Shown: positions 24,741-38,001 of the stretch, in pieces | Layout: each line of letters begins with the position of its first letter | How positions within the stretch are numbered: position 1 is the stretch's first letter | The notes under the pieces: model-generated | Told to the model about the DNA's origin: nothing | What the model saw: only the letters and a program-made list of their open reading frames with translations | Database searches by the model: none | Program-made: the position numbers and the translations under genes | NCBI RefSeq assembly: GCF_033153115.1 | Contig: NW_026889777.1 | Location: forward strand, 9,362,001-9,426,000 | Direction: 5' to 3' | DNA length: 64,000 bases | From: Saccostrea echinata | Taxonomy: Eukaryota

Positions 24741-25980
24741 ACAAGATACATGTACAAGATACAAGATATTTTATTTACCAATCAAGGGCCCCGAGAGGCA
24801 TTTCCACATATGTAAATGCACAATTTAANNNNNNNNNNNNNNNNNNNNNNNNNNNNNNNNNNNNNNNNNNNNNNNNNNNNNNNNNNNNNNNNNNNNNNNN
24901 NNNNNNNNNNNNNNNNNNNNNNNNNNNNNNNNNNNNNNNNNNNNNNNNNNNNNNNNNNNNNNNNNNNNNNNNNNNNNNNNNNNNNNNNNNNNNNNNNNNN
25001 NNNNNNNNNNNNNNNNNNNNNCATTGTATTCATGCAGTAATAATCATAGACAATACCAGTGTCAAGTGTCCAAATTATTGTCATTGATCCCAAGACAATA
25101 CAAATATGTTATGCTACAACATGTTCATACATGTATTTATACATTTGTATGGGTTTTTTTCCCTTTAAAATTGTAATATTAAAAAAATAAAATAAAATTG
25201 GAGAAAAACCATGCATGTACATGATGACAGATGTATTTATACACTGGTTCTTTTACCATTTTCAGAAATAAATTTTCCAAGTAAGCATAAAATTTCTTTA
25301 TTTTCATTATTCAAAATCCATACAAGTTTTTCAGCAGGTGTCAAAGAAGAGAAATGGGTTGATTTTTGAGATTGTTTCCATTAATTGCACTCTTTCATTC
25401 TTATATTTTGGACATATAAGCAAAAAATGCTGTTCATCTTTAACCTCCTGCATATTACATTAAGAACACTTTCTAGATTCAGGGGGAAGACCTGCATATC
25501 TTCCCCTTTCAATATTTAATTGATGTGCAGAAATGCGTAGTTTAGTTACATTTTTCCTCTGATCATAGTTATTGATAATGTTGAGATAGTGCTCTCTTCC
25601 AAAGTTATTTTTTAAAGTGGAATAAGTTCTGCATGTCCAAAAAAAAGGCATACCAAAACATTTATTGACTGTGATCTCTGGCAGAAAGCATTTTGTCGAC
25701 CCCTCGAACCAAACTGTTTGCCTTCGCCCTAATGGCCACAGGCAAAGAGTTTGGTTCTTGGGTCCGACAAAACATGGCCACAGGCAAACAGTTTGGTTCT
25801 TGGGTCTAACAAAACACATATTGCCCTTGAACCCAGTCAATAAATGTATAATATGAACTGCTGTGAAGGAGAAATGTCTGAAGTAATATAACATAATGAA
25901 GAAGTGGTGATAATCAAATGTAGATTTTCAAACAGTCAAAAAATTTTAGATAATTGAAATCACATTTTCCAAAAGTCAAC
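24741..25980 (-). mobile_element. 3' fragment of a CR1/L2-group LINE, interrupted by the N gap and a small TIR element (25658-25847)
   Basis: Minus-strand peptide TKLRISAHQLNIERGRY...KCS*C..EVKDEQHFLLICPKY (C-terminal zinc knuckle with a stop). The 3' end has AATAAA followed by an (ATCTTGT)n tail. The insert is bounded by ACATTTATTGACTG/CAGTCAATAAATGT. Confidence 0.7.
24829..25021. other. Assembly gap (N run)
   Basis: Run of N; the true gap size is unknown. Confidence 0.99.
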
Positions 25981-26229
25981 AGCATCAAAAGATTCCTCAC
26001 AATAAATTAAAGCAGGCTTTTTGACTTCATGAACAACTTCTGCTTCAATCAACGTGGAACTTGGAAATACATGTATTCAATAAATCATCTTCAAAATCAC
26101 TTTAATAAGAATCATTCTGATTCTACACAGTTTCTCTAAACTTGATATTGAAAAGATGAGTATGGCTTTGACAATATCTTTGTCAACTTAGGGGACAGGT
26201 TTTCCAACTGTAACAGAAAAGGAGAAAAA

Positions 26230-26547
26230 TTTGATGGACCAAACCGTACCCAGGCCCCCTGAATCTTTAATCAGACACTCTACAAACTGAGTTATCTTGC
26301 CACTGGTGATCAAACTAATCTGACTGCCATTCCTTCCTCCTTAAAGGTCTTCCTTACAGAAGACACTGACCCAGGCTGTCTTTCACATCTCACTTCCAGG
26401 CATGGCAATATTGACAGCAAATATAACAGAAGAAAAATGAGAAGGACTGGACTGGGATTCAAACCTGGGCCCCTAAGGATCTCCATTCAGGTGCTCTACT
26501 AACTGACTTATCTGGTCACCAGCAATTGAACCTGTCTGACTACCACA
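26230..26547 (-). mobile_element. Two degenerate tandem tRNA-derived (SINE-like) units
   Basis: The minus strand reads GACCAGATAAGTCAGTTAGTAGAGCACCTGA...GGTTTGAATCCCAGTCCAGTC (A/B-box-like), and a more decayed copy lies ~210 bp away. There are too many mismatches for a functional tRNA. Confidence 0.5.
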
Positions 26548-26710
26548 CAACAATTTGTTGGAATTGACATGGGAACACATTGTGCTTCTATATTAGCCTA
26601 CCTGCTTTTGTATTCTTGAGAAGCAGATTTTTTTTAAACTACTTGAAAAGAAGAACACACTTGTTGTGGCCTTCAATTCAGCCTTTTCATAATTATATCA
26701 TTGACATTTT
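26548..26710 (+). mobile_element. Penelope-like reverse transcriptase relic
   Basis: QQFVGIDMGTHCASILAYLLLYS*EADF...LVVAFNSAF resembles the PLE RT motif GIPMGTNCAPLLADLFLYSYEAEF...FNxTFRYIDD. It contains stops. Confidence 0.6.
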
Positions 26711-27535
26711 ATGCCCTGCCATGAATATGGCTGAGGCATAAAGTGTTTGTCTCGTCCATCTTCTGTCCTTCCAGATATATATTACATGTAACCAAAATTT
26801 AACCACTTATACATATGATGAGAGCTTTTCAACTGTGGCATAATTTTCTTACCTTGACCTCATTATTCCCTACTTTGCCTTACTTTGATTTCAGAGTAAC
26901 TAATCAAATTTTTTTTAAGTCACCTGAGTCACTCAGGTAACCCATTGCAGTTTTTGCCGCCATCATCCATTGTTTGTCAGTTTTATTTTTGAACATTTTC
27001 AGCTTCTTTTCTGCTTGGAATCCCTTAACTAATTTCAGCCAATTTTGGCAAATACATGTAGCATATATGGGTGAAGGGGAACAACAACTTTGAATTCAAG
27101 GAATCTGGTGCTAGGGTGGGACTCTTTTGATCATATAGTGAAAATGCATTGATTCTTTGAAAATCTTCTCTATTCATGGGTACTAAGCAGACAAACCAAG
27201 TTTATGGTTAAGATGATCAAGAGAGCTTCTACCTGAATTGATCATATTGAGAAAGTGCAATAATTCTTTGAAAATTACTTACACTGCTCACAGGTGTTAA
27301 GCAGACAAACTTAGTGCATGGTTATGAAGCAAGGAAGCTTCTCTACGTAATTGTGAAAGAACTGCGAACGATAGTAATGTTCTACCGCCTACATTTAACA
27401 TATTTGAATGATTTTTCATATTCATATAAATATTTATATGGATTTTTACAAAACATAATTTAGTTGGGAAAACAAAGATAGATAACTCTATAAGTTTGGT
27501 AAAACTTGTAATTTTCACTAAAGAAATCAATGAAA

Positions 27536-28418
27536 AACCTCGTTTGGCAACTTATAGCAAAGGTTAAACTTTCTCAAATGCAACTCAAATATGTTGGTAC
27601 CCAAAGTAAGGTCTTGTCTCGAGGAATATACCTGTGAAATATGAAAGCCCTAGCAGTAACCATTGAATAGATATAGAAAAGGTTAAAGTTTTTCAAAAGT
27701 AAATCAAACATCAAGGTCAAGGTCAAATAGTCAAAATTAATGGTGCCTTAGGAAAGGCCTTCTCACAAGAAATATACAGGTGAAATATGAAAACTGAAGC
27801 ACGAATCGTTCAAAAATTATGACCAAGGTTTAAGTTTTTCAAAAGAAGCTCAAACTCCAAGGTCAAGGTCAATGGATTACAATTGTTGGTATCCAAAGGA
27901 AGGTCTTGTCACAAGGATTACATATGTGAAGTATGAAGGCCCTATCACCAATGGTTCAAAAGTTATGGCCAAGGTTAAAGTTTTCCAAAAGTAGGTCAAA
28001 CTCCAAGGTCAAAGTCAAAGGGTCAAAGTTTTTGGTATCCAAAGGAAGGTCTTGTCACAGGGATTACATATGTGAAGTATGAAAGGCCTAGCACCAACGG
28101 TTCAAAAGTTATGGCCAAGGTTAAAGTTTTTCAAAAGTAGGTCAAACCCCAAGGTCAAGGTCAAAGGGTCAAAGTTGTTGGTATCCAAAGGAAGGACTTG
28201 TCACAAGGATTACATATGTGAAGTATGAAAGGCCTAGCACCAACGGTTCAAAAGTTATGGCCAAGGTTAAAGTTTTTCAAAAGAAGGTCAAACTCCAAGG
28301 TCAAAGGGTCAAAGTTGTTGGTATTCGAAGGAAGGACTTGTCACAAGGATTACATATGTGAAGTATGAAAGGCCTAGCACCAACGGTTCAAAAGTTATGG
28401 CCAGTGTTAAAGTTTTTC

Positions 28419-28449
<31 letters not shown>

Positions 28450-28783
28450 AAGGGTCAAAGTTGTTGGTATCCAAAGGAAGGACTTGTCACAAGGATTACA
28501 CATGTGAAGTATGAAAGCCTTAGATCCAATTGTTCAAAAGTTATGGCCAAGGTTAAAGTTGGATAAAATTTTGCAAAACTTGGTCAAACTCCAAGGTAAA
28601 GGTCAAAAGGTGGTACCCAAAGAAAGGTCTTGTCACAAGAAATACACATGTGAAATATGAAAGCCATAGCTCCAACCAATCAAAAGTTATGGGCAATGTT
28701 AAAGTTTTTGCGGACAAACAAACAGACAGACAGACAGGGCAAAAACTATATACCCCCGAATCTTCGAGGGGGGGGCATAAAAA
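27536..28783 (-). mobile_element. HINE family A copy (reverse orientation, 3' end decayed)
   Basis: Reverse complement of the 13303 element: GGGGGCATAAAAA end, (CAGA)n and ~146-bp units. Confidence 0.85.
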
Positions 28784-29054
28784 GTGGAAGAGGAACGCGG
28801 GGGAGGGGGGAGTTCCCATCCCCAAGAACCAGCTGTGCGTGGAATCAATTCTATTTATTTCAAGTTGCATATTTTAAATCACAACATTACGTACATCATT
28901 AATAGATGATTTGTTTTGTTTCGCTTAGACAAGGGTTCAGGGTTATTGCCCAATTATACACAACCATGAAAAAATAATGTGTCCTTATTGTATCGTATTT
29001 ACTTCCATCCAATAAATTGAAAATTTGCAACATGACACCGTGTTGAAACGGGAT

Positions 29055-29228
29055 GGATGGAACATACGTTTTGAAGTTTTCTTCATGTTTAATCAATTGC
29101 TGCAGATTAGCACTTTCATACAGTTTTCAAAACGCAAAATTGGATGGAACATACGGTTTGAAGTTTTCTTCATGGTTAATCAACTGCTGCAGATTAGCAC
29201 TTTCATACAGTTTTCAGAACGCAAAATT
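29055..29228. repeat. Two 87-bp tandem units
   Basis: GGATGGAACATACG...CGCAAAATT at 29055 and 29142. Confidence 0.85.
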
Positions 29229-29285
29229 TAGAAACCACACAAATTCAGGCCTGTATAACGCGGGTGGGTGGGTCTGAGTATAGTA

Positions 29286-30040
29286 TTTTTATGCCCCCGT
29301 ATAGAAGATTCGGGGGTATATAGTTTTAGCCCTGTCCGTCAGTCTGTTTATCTGTTTGTCTGTTAGTCCGCAAAAACTTTAAGACCTTTTGACCTTGGAG
29401 TTTGATCCAGTTTTTCACAAAATTTTCCAACTTTAACCTTGGCCCTAACTTTTGAACGATTGGTGCTAGGGCTTTCATACTTCAATGTGTAATCCTGGTG
29501 ATTAGACCTTTCTTCGGATACCAACAACTTTGACCCTTTGACCTTGACCTAGGAGTTTGACCTATTTTTGAAAAACTTTAACATTGGCTATAACTTTTGA
29601 ACGGTTGATGCTAGGGTTTTCATGCTTTCATACTTCACATGTGTAATCCTTGTGACAAGACCTTCCTTTGGATACCAACAACTTTGACCCTTTGACCTTG
29701 TTTGACCTACTTTTGAAAAAAGAATTAACCTTGGCCATATCTTTTGAACGATTGGTGCTAGGGCTTTCATATTTCACATGTGTATTTTTTGTGAGAAGGC
29801 CTTTCCTTGGGCACCATTTATTTTGACCCTGGCCTTGATGTTTGAATTACTTTTGAAAAACTTCAACCTTTTCCATATCTATTCAATGGTTGCTGCTAGG
29901 CCTTTCATATTTCACAAGTAAATTCCTCGGTACAGGACCTTACTTTGGGTACCATCATATTTGATTTGCATTTGAGAAAGTTTAACCTTAGCTATGAGTT
30001 GTCATACGGGGGCATCAGTGTTTCACAAACACATCTTGTT
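29286..30040 (+). mobile_element. HINE family A copy
   Basis: TTTTTATGCCCCC...GGGGGCATCAGTGTTTCACAAACACATCTTGTT with fewer internal units. Confidence 0.85.
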
Positions 30041-30125
30041 CCTTTAGATCCCCCCCCCCCCCACCTTTCGCTGTTGTAAGGTCGAGCACTGGTAAATTCC
30101 AGGATTTGGACAGTTAATTAGGTGC

Positions 30126-30474
30126 TTTTTTATGCCCACGTATCAAAGATTCGGGGGTATATACCTTTTGCCCTGTCCGTCCGTCTGTCTGTCTGTTTGT
30201 CCGCAAAAATTTTAACCTTGCCCATAACTTTTGATTGGTTGGAGCTAAGACTTTCATATTTCCCATGTGTATTCCTTGTGACAAAACCTTTCTTTGGGTA
30301 CCATCATATTTGACTTTTTGACCTTTACCCTGGAGTTTGACCCACTTTTGCAGAATTTTATTAGACGTTAACCTTGGCCATAGCTTTTGAACAGTTGGTG
30401 CTTGGGGTTTCAAACTTCACATGTGTAATCCTTGTGACAAGACCTTCATCTAAATACCAACAACTTTGACCCTT

Positions 30475-30505
<31 letters not shown>

Positions 30506-30612
30506 GAAAAAAAATAACCTTGGCCATATCTTTTGAACGATTGGTGCCAGGGCTTTCATACTTCACATGTGTATTCCTTGTGACAAGACCTCCCTTTGGA
30601 TACCAACAACTT

Positions 30613-30643
<31 letters not shown>

Positions 30644-30980
30644 GGAAAACTTTAACCCTGGCCATAACTTTTGAACAGTTGGTGCTAGGGCTTTCATATT
30701 TAAGATGTCTATTCCTTTTGACAAGACCTTCCTTTGGATACCAGACACTTTGACCCTTTGACAATGACCTAGGAGTTTGACCTACTTTTGAAAAACTTTA
30801 ACCTTGGCCATTATTTTTGAACGGTTGTTGCCAGGGCTTTCAAATTTCACAGGTATGTTCCTCGAGACAAGACCTTCTTTGGGTACCGACTTGACCAGGA
30901 GTTTGACTTGGATTTGAGAAACTTTAACCTTCGCCATAAGCTGCCATATGAGGGCATCAGTGTTTCAAAAACACATCTTT
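30126..30980 (+). mobile_element. HINE family A copy
   Basis: Same termini, microsatellite and internal units as the 13303 element. Confidence 0.85.
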
Positions 30981-33059
30981 TTTTCTTTTTTTTTCGCTTG
31001 CCAGATATTTTTTGGAAGCCCCCCTGCGCCAATCATTTTTGGTTTGAAACCGTTGCTACTGCTCTGAAATTGTGTACAGAATGTCCAAAGTAAAACCTCT
31101 GAGTATTTTTTCTTTGGAAATTCCATGCTGAGAATATCTAAGATATTTCTCTATTACATAAGATTAACCTCATGCAAATAACAAGGACCTCGATCTTCGT
31201 GTGACGAGAGTCATGGCACGTCTTTTACATAATAACTCGGAGAAAATCAACGAATGTTAAATGTCTTATTATGTTTTAAAACCAAGTCATTAAAATTTAA
31301 TGAAAAGGAAACTGTTAACTAAGTGATTTGACTTTTTTCTTAAAATTTATCCAATCAGGGTTTTTCCGACTTTAGAAGTAAACTTTTGCCCTACCAGGTA
31401 TCAAAATAGCATAAACACTAATGAAAAACTTTTTTGTTGAACTTTGAGAAAATGTAATGCGTATAGAGGTGCATACTGAGTTTATCTAAGAGTTCATTTT
31501 CAACGTGCAGTCATATTTCTCCAGTAAAAAAAATGTTCAAAGACTATGAGGTATTAGTGAACAAAAATCACTGTTGTTTAGATACATAGGGGAATTCCTT
31601 GCAAATAATGTTTTCAATTATTTTATCTTGGTTTTTAATATAATGTTAGAAATATTTAGATCTATTTCAAGTTGTGCCATTCACTGTAAATTTCCGTTTA
31701 TTCCATTTTCCATCGAAGAGCAGATCCTCCATCTAACTGCATTAAACTACCATGGAAATGGAACTCTTCAGTGAACACTGTTTAGAACTTACTTATTAAA
31801 GTATCTAGTAAATAGAGTGTACAGCTCAGGGAGTTAATCGGCAGGAACCTGAATTAAATCTCCTTCGTTGGAATAAGGGGAAGTATAGTTTTTCTTACTC
31901 CTCCAACGACATATTTCAGGGTCGTCAACAGGTGTCTGAGGTGGGGTTGGGGGGGGGGGGTTGGGGGGTTGGTTGGTTAGTAGTAGTTCTCTCTCCCCTT
32001 ATAGTCAGAAAATGTTTATGAATGGGTATACCATTTTGGTGGGTTCCGATGCATTTTGTAAGTCTTTTTCTCAACAAAATATAGAAGTATCAAAATCCAA
32101 TAGTATAAATTAAACAGATTAATTTATTTTGTTTCAAAAATGATATTTTCGATTTCTTTTTTAAGGGATGCAATCCCCTCAACGCACCCGATCCCCATTT
32201 CTTCCGACGGCCTAGAAGAGCAAAGTTCACACAATTCATTCCAAAACTATAAATATACTAAGGTATATCAATCCCGCATTTTTATATTCGAATAACGTAT
32301 AAATACCTCCATTTTGCTTGTCATATTTGAATTATAGCCCTACATGCATGTATGTTTAATGGTACTAGAAAAGAGACCTGTGGCATTACATAATAGAAAA
32401 AAATGTTAAAAGTTTTCAGAAGGTCGGACGACAGTCACACATATATCCAAACAAAAAATTTACTCATGGACTTTAGCAGGGCGGTCACCAAATTTCTAGA
32501 AAGGGGATGCGGTAGAGGCCGGGATATCTCAGGGAGGTATCCTCCCTGAGTCAGAAAAGGTAGTAGAAAAGGGGTAGCTTTTTCCGAAAATAGTGTTTTG
32601 CTGATAGTTGAAGGGAAATTATCATTTAAATGCCCCACCCCCCTCCCAACTTCTGGCTGTAGTATAGTCGAATCATCCATGCGCTCAACATTTTTTTGGT
32701 TGTAAATAAAAGAGTAGGAAAATTCCTCCATTCCTCCATGAAATAGGTTTTTGCGCGTTTAAAGTTTACTTTTTTCGGCAATGTTTTTGCAGGCGCCTTT
32801 TTCTCCATAAAATTCTATTATTTTTTTGGCTGCTCAACCCATCCCGCCTTCCTCTTCTCTTTTTGAAACACAATACTACATGCCTCCACTGTCTGTTTAT
32901 TTTCAGTATTTTATATTTCATCGTGGCATTTTATTAAAAAAGAATGATAAGAGTCGTGTTCAGAAATGCTAATAATTAGAATGTGAGGTTTAAATTCTGT
33001 TGTAAGGGGATGGAGTGGGTGAGTTCTATTTAAAGTCATTCTCATTACGTTTTTATGAA

Positions 33060-33507
33060 ATTCTTCTGCCCGTAACGTCTGATTGTTTGGAGCTAGGGCT
33101 TCCATATTTCAGATGTGATTTTCTTGTGACAAAAACTCTCTTTGGGTACCAACATATTTGATCTCTTGACCTTTCAGTTTGACCTACTTTAGCAAAATTT
33201 TGCCAAACTTTAAACACATAAGCCATAACTTTTAACGGAAAAGTGCTAGGGCTTTCATATTTCACATATGTGTCTTCCGTATGTCAAAACTTTCCCTTGG
33301 GTACCAACAATTTTGGCTTTTGGTCTTGACCCTGAAATTTAAACTATCGTGAGATGTTGAAAATCTTGAACCTTGGCCATGTTGGCCATAACTCAGTTTC
33401 GAACAGTGGCTGTTAGGACTTTCATATTTTACATTTATATTTCTTGTTACAAGACAATGCCGGCAATGAGCTGTCATGCGGGGGCATCAGTGATTCACCA
33501 ACACACA
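33060..33507 (+). mobile_element. Degenerate HINE family A copy
   Basis: GCTAGGGCTTTCATATTTCACAT units and a 3' GGGGGCATCAGTG..ACACATT end. Confidence 0.65.
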
Positions 33508-33549
33508 TTTTAATTATAATTCATCCACAAAATTTGTGTCTTACATGTA

Positions 33550-34050
33550 CATTGGCGGATCCAGAGGGGGGTGGGGGGTCCGGAGGTTGGAACCCTCCCT
33601 TATTTTTTCAGACAAAGAGGGTGAGAGATGTTTGTTCCGTAATAGATAGTTTTACGTCAAATACATTTGTACGTTTGAATAAGACAATTAAGTATAGTTC
33701 TCTGTCCTTTTTGCTCATTAGATAGAGCATCGCATATTTACTTTTCTCCTTGTACCTTCACTACCCCAGTCCAGGGTTCCAACCACTCACACCCTAAAGC
33801 TTAAAATGGACAAGATCAGAGACGGCCAAGCAGCCAAATTCGGCGCCTACGAAAATTTAAGCATTTGAACGTAAAAATGTACCGAAAAGTTAAAGGAAGA
33901 CCCAATCCCCTCCCACCACGAAATATGATTTTAGCTTCCCTTCGAAAACCGTTGCTTAGGGGCCTGAAGTGTCTGTGGTGTTCTTCTATGTATAAGGGGG
34001 AACCGACCTAGCTGGAACCCCCCTTTCAAAAATTGATGGATCCGCCCCTG
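33550..34050. mobile_element. MITE with GGCGGATCC termini and 5-bp TSD (ATGTA)
   Basis: ATGTA|CATTGGCGGATCC...GGATCCGCCCCTG|ATGTA. Confidence 0.6.
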
Positions 34051-34559
34051 ATGTAATATTCGAATTAAGTGAACGGTTCCCTGCTACTCCCCTCCCCCAC
34101 GGGCCGTGATATATATGTTTAAAAAGAAATACAGGAGATTCTTTTACATTACATACCAAATATAGAATGAACACATGTAATATCCAATGTCCACACTCAT
34201 AATATATTAATGAAAACATTTATGAATTAAAATTTAAAAAGGATATAATCTACATGTAAAATTCATTTGTTAAAAAAATAAATGTACCAGTCTTTCGAAT
34301 CTTTTGTTGTCTGTAAAATCTATGAATTCTCTCTTTTTACAGTTCAATAAAACATGATAAAATGTAATAATTCAATAAAAAGAAACCTTACTGAAATTAA
34401 TGATATAATACTACTCTGCTTTTCAGCTTCGACTTTTGTGTAACAAAATACAACAGAGATAAAATCCTCAGTTATGAAAATATATTTGATCTATTTGAAG
34501 TATTTGAGACCACATTCTTTTTACAGGTGCGTGGTCATGCCATCTAGTGGATAACAATT

Positions 34560-34800
34560 GGAAATGAAGTCACGTGACTTTGTTATTAATAATCAATCCG
34601 CCATCTTGGATAGAACGGAGAAATGAACTTCCGATTCAGACCGAAAATCATGTTTAAAAAATTGCAACCAAGTTAGAAAAGATGGATTGACTAGCACGAG
34701 GGAGACTTGTTGATAGACAGCAGCAAGTCATACCACACAAAGGTTTGTTTTGATATAAAATTATGTCGGAAGTGCAACGGGCACCTGTGACGGGGGGACA
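34560..34800 (+). promoter_or_regulatory. Candidate housekeeping-type promoter/first non-coding exon, probably the distal start of the PTPN4-like gene
   Basis: Clustered GTCACGTGAC (34569-34578), YY1 CCGCCATCTT (34598-34607) and ETS-like CGGAAGTG (~34767), in a non-repetitive, CpG-richer patch. Possible donor AAG|GTTTGT at ~34742. Confidence 0.4.
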
Positions 34801-36311
34801 CTTTGTCGAGTGTTCAATAAACACTGTGCATACCTTTAGACACACGTGTAAAATTTTGTGCATTTATTACGAATATAAAATTTGTCGATTTTGTAAAGGG
34901 AATCAAAGAACATTTAGAAAAACGACTCTTATTAAGAAGTAGAACCTTAAATTTACAAATTTAAGGACAGAAAAGTGTCCCATTGGCAAAGCATCATAAT
35001 TCCACATGAAAATTTATATTATATTCTTAAATATGACATTAACTTGATTAAACATATGTTATCAAGTAAATCTAAGATACAGTGGGTTAATTTCTCAACC
35101 TTAAAATTATTTATTTAACGATCTAAGTGTCCAGAATCGTACAAGCTAATCTGGTCACCTCCAGATGCATTTGTAGTGAGTCATATTTCCCAGGTATGAA
35201 TTTCCTCCCTTTTGAATGAATGTAAACAATAAAAGATGGCATGTTGACAAATAGTTCCTGATGGAACATAATAATAAAGGCATGTTTGGTGGAAAATGGA
35301 TTTAAATATATTGCCACTGAATTTGTAGAGAGAGATTGATAGTGATTGAAGTGTATAGCTTGTATGTGTTCTTGACTGACAGCAAGTCTGTTAGTGTAAA
35401 TGCACCAAATCCCATAGAACCTCTAGGTATGACTATGGATTTAGGGGTCTCAAAATTATTTTTGATAATAGATTCCTTGGTGAATTTAGCTAACAAACTT
35501 GTAAAATATTAATGTTTTGATAATTAGTTCATTGTTGACCATATCAGATGACAAGCATTGAGAGATCTTGCTTGTTTTAAAACCCTGGCTCTGTCCCCAT
35601 TGGTTTGGGCCATCAGGTGTTGGACTAAGTGAACAAGTATTGTGACAAAGAATAAGGTTTGGGGAGGGGGGGGGGGGGGGATAAAATGAAAGAACTCTTT
35701 TAGAAAATGGATGAAATGGAGAATTTTCAACACCCAAAATTGATATAGTCTTAATTGTAGAATCCCATTTCTAGCAAATTTCTAATTTTAACAAAATTTC
35801 TGAAAAAAGGTAGTTGATTTAAGCATAAAACCATACACAGTTCACTGGTATAAGATCAATATGTTAGGTTGATTTGGTACACATGGTGTTAGCTTGACTA
35901 TAATTAGGACTGACTTGAAACTTTCTATGTGGAAATTGATACACAAAGGTGCACTGATGCGAATTATTGTTTTCCAATATAATTTCCCCAAGTTTTTGTC
36001 CACCACTCGTTAGAGCTCGTGTGTTTCATCCATTGGATCTAATAATGGTCTAGACTATTAGTTTTTTTTCCAAGCTTTGCTCATTTTGTTAATGTGTGGG
36101 TCTATGCAATTACTAATACTGACATGACGCAAGTGCATAGCACATGCACAGTCATAATATCCCAGTGCATATGACCATACAGTATAATTATTTATATTCA
36201 CAGTATGATATGGACCACATTTTGATGAGTGTATATCTTAATGTATGGTGCTGATTACATAGGAACAACTGATTTGACGTTTATATGTATTTGATTATGC
36301 AGTATATATTG

Positions 36312-37200
36312 CAGGGGTTGAAATTTTCCTGGAAATCCCACTAGCCCAGGGGCTACCGATCAGTAAAAATTTACTAGCCCAAACCTCAAACTAACTAGCC
36401 AGGGCTCGACATTAACTTTTTTTCCTACTTGTCCATTCAGACAAGTGACCAAGACATTTACTTGTCCGAACTTCAACTTCGCTTGTCAGAAAATGTTTCA
36501 ATAAAGATCTAATACCGTCAACTTCAAAACTAAAATAAAGTCCATTACACATGACATGTGCTTGATTGATTCATGATGTTATTGATAAATACAACAAACA
36601 CATAAAACGAAATTTTATCTAGGCTTTCTGTTCTGACAACAACAAAAATGTCCACAAGTGAACCTGTTAACATCAAACAGAATCCAAACTTCATTAAGTT
36701 CGTAAGTTCCATGCCTTTTCAGTAGTATGCAATTAGCGAACTTCGATCCCGATCGAATGTGAACTCAATTAATAGCGATCCCTATCGGGATCGAGGTCCG
36801 GTTTTTATGTACAGCTTCCTGAAACTACTGATTAACTTTCAACAGTCGTTCTTTTTATTATTTAGAGACTCCATTACATTAAAATGCACTTGTCCAATAT
36901 TCACTTGTCCGTAATTTTTTTTCAGTGGTAGCGGACAAGCGTTAATGTTGAGCCCTGCTAGCCCAACAATTTTTTTTAATGCAAAATGAAAACATAACAA
37001 GTTAAAGTTTCAAACGCTTTGGTGACAGAAACAAATTAAACTAGTTCTCGAAACCAGTCTACATAGAAAAGAGAAAGTGAACTGATGAGAATTTTTTTTA
37101 TTCTGCTAGTCCGACGGACTATCGTTACATTTAAATTAGCTAGCCCGAGTCTTAAAATGACTAGGCCCGGGCATCGGGCTACCGTATATTTCAACCCCTG
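36312..37200. mobile_element. hAT-like MITE with 5-bp TSD (TATTG), host of a nested element
   Basis: TATTG|CAGGGGTTGAAAT...ATTTCAACCCCTG|TATTG with subterminal CTAGCCC motifs. Confidence 0.85.
36400..36957. mobile_element. Nested hAT-like MITE with 5-bp TSD (CTAGC)
   Basis: CTAGC|CAGGGCTCGACATTAAC...GTTAATGTTGAGCCCTG|CTAGC with subterminal ACTTGTCC motifs. Confidence 0.85.
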
Positions 37201-37339
37201 TATTGATGTGACATTTTGCTGATGCAAAGGATAATTATATTTAATTCTACACTAGAGGACATGAATTATAAGGAACTGTTCAATAGTTCAAAGAACTTCA
37301 AAATATCAGCTATTATTATTTAATGATAACTGTCTGGCT

Positions 37340-37790
37340 TTTTAAACAACATCTATAATATGAAATAGATGAAAATACCAAACAGTGATCAACCACAAAA
37401 AAAAAAAACAAAATAAAAAAACAAAAAAAGTATACAAATGATCTGTGATCAGGGTATATTTAAGACACGGACCCCTGGAAATTTCCAGAGGTGGGATCAG
37501 GTGCTTAGGAGGAGTAAGCATCACTTGTTGACTGGACACACACCATTAGCCCTATGTATTGATCGGGTAGACAGAGTAATATGTAGTCAAATTAAGTATA
37601 AAAACAAAGGCCTTGCAATTGGTATGATATATGTCATTCAAATTAATCAAAATACAAACCAGTGATAGGTTGTGTTTGCTAAGAAGGTCAGTAGAACAGG
37701 GGGCATCGCTCATAGAATTTGCGAAATGCTGACTTTAAAAGAGGCCATTGAAATCCCTTTAATATAAACTTATATGTCAGTAGCCTGCTT
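37340..37790 (-). mobile_element. Decayed interspersed retro-repeat (Penelope-associated type common in bivalves)
   Basis: Minus-strand GATGCTTACTCCTCCTAAGCACCTGATCCCACCTCTGG block, recognised from memory; classification uncertain. Confidence 0.4.
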
Positions 37791-37797
37791 CAGTTTA

Positions 37798-38001
37798 CTG
37801 TAAACCAACTATTTTTCGTGTCATCTTTTATTCGCAATTCGTAAGTTTAAATCAATCCCCGACAATTAATTTTCATGATTGAGGAAACATTCTCTACAAA
37901 TACAAGCAAAATAAATGGTTCACGGCGATTAATATCTGCAAGTTAAAGAAGGCCGCGAAACTCATGGATATTTCTCACACACCAATAAAAGTTGGTTTAC
38001 A
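37798..38001. mobile_element. Short TA-flanked MITE (CTGT...ACAG family; further copies at ~23282-23498 and ~62282-62487)
   Basis: TA|CTGTAAACCAACT...AGTTGGTTTACAG|TA. Confidence 0.7.

Noticed and set aside
24782-25093. ORFs spanning the N run
   Set aside because: Gap artefacts.
25460-25894. 144-aa ORF
   Set aside because: It is a chimera of a small TIR element and a dead LINE C-terminus.
26445-26520. tRNA gene
   Set aside because: Stems and the B box are degenerate and the unit is tandemly repeated; it is SINE-like.
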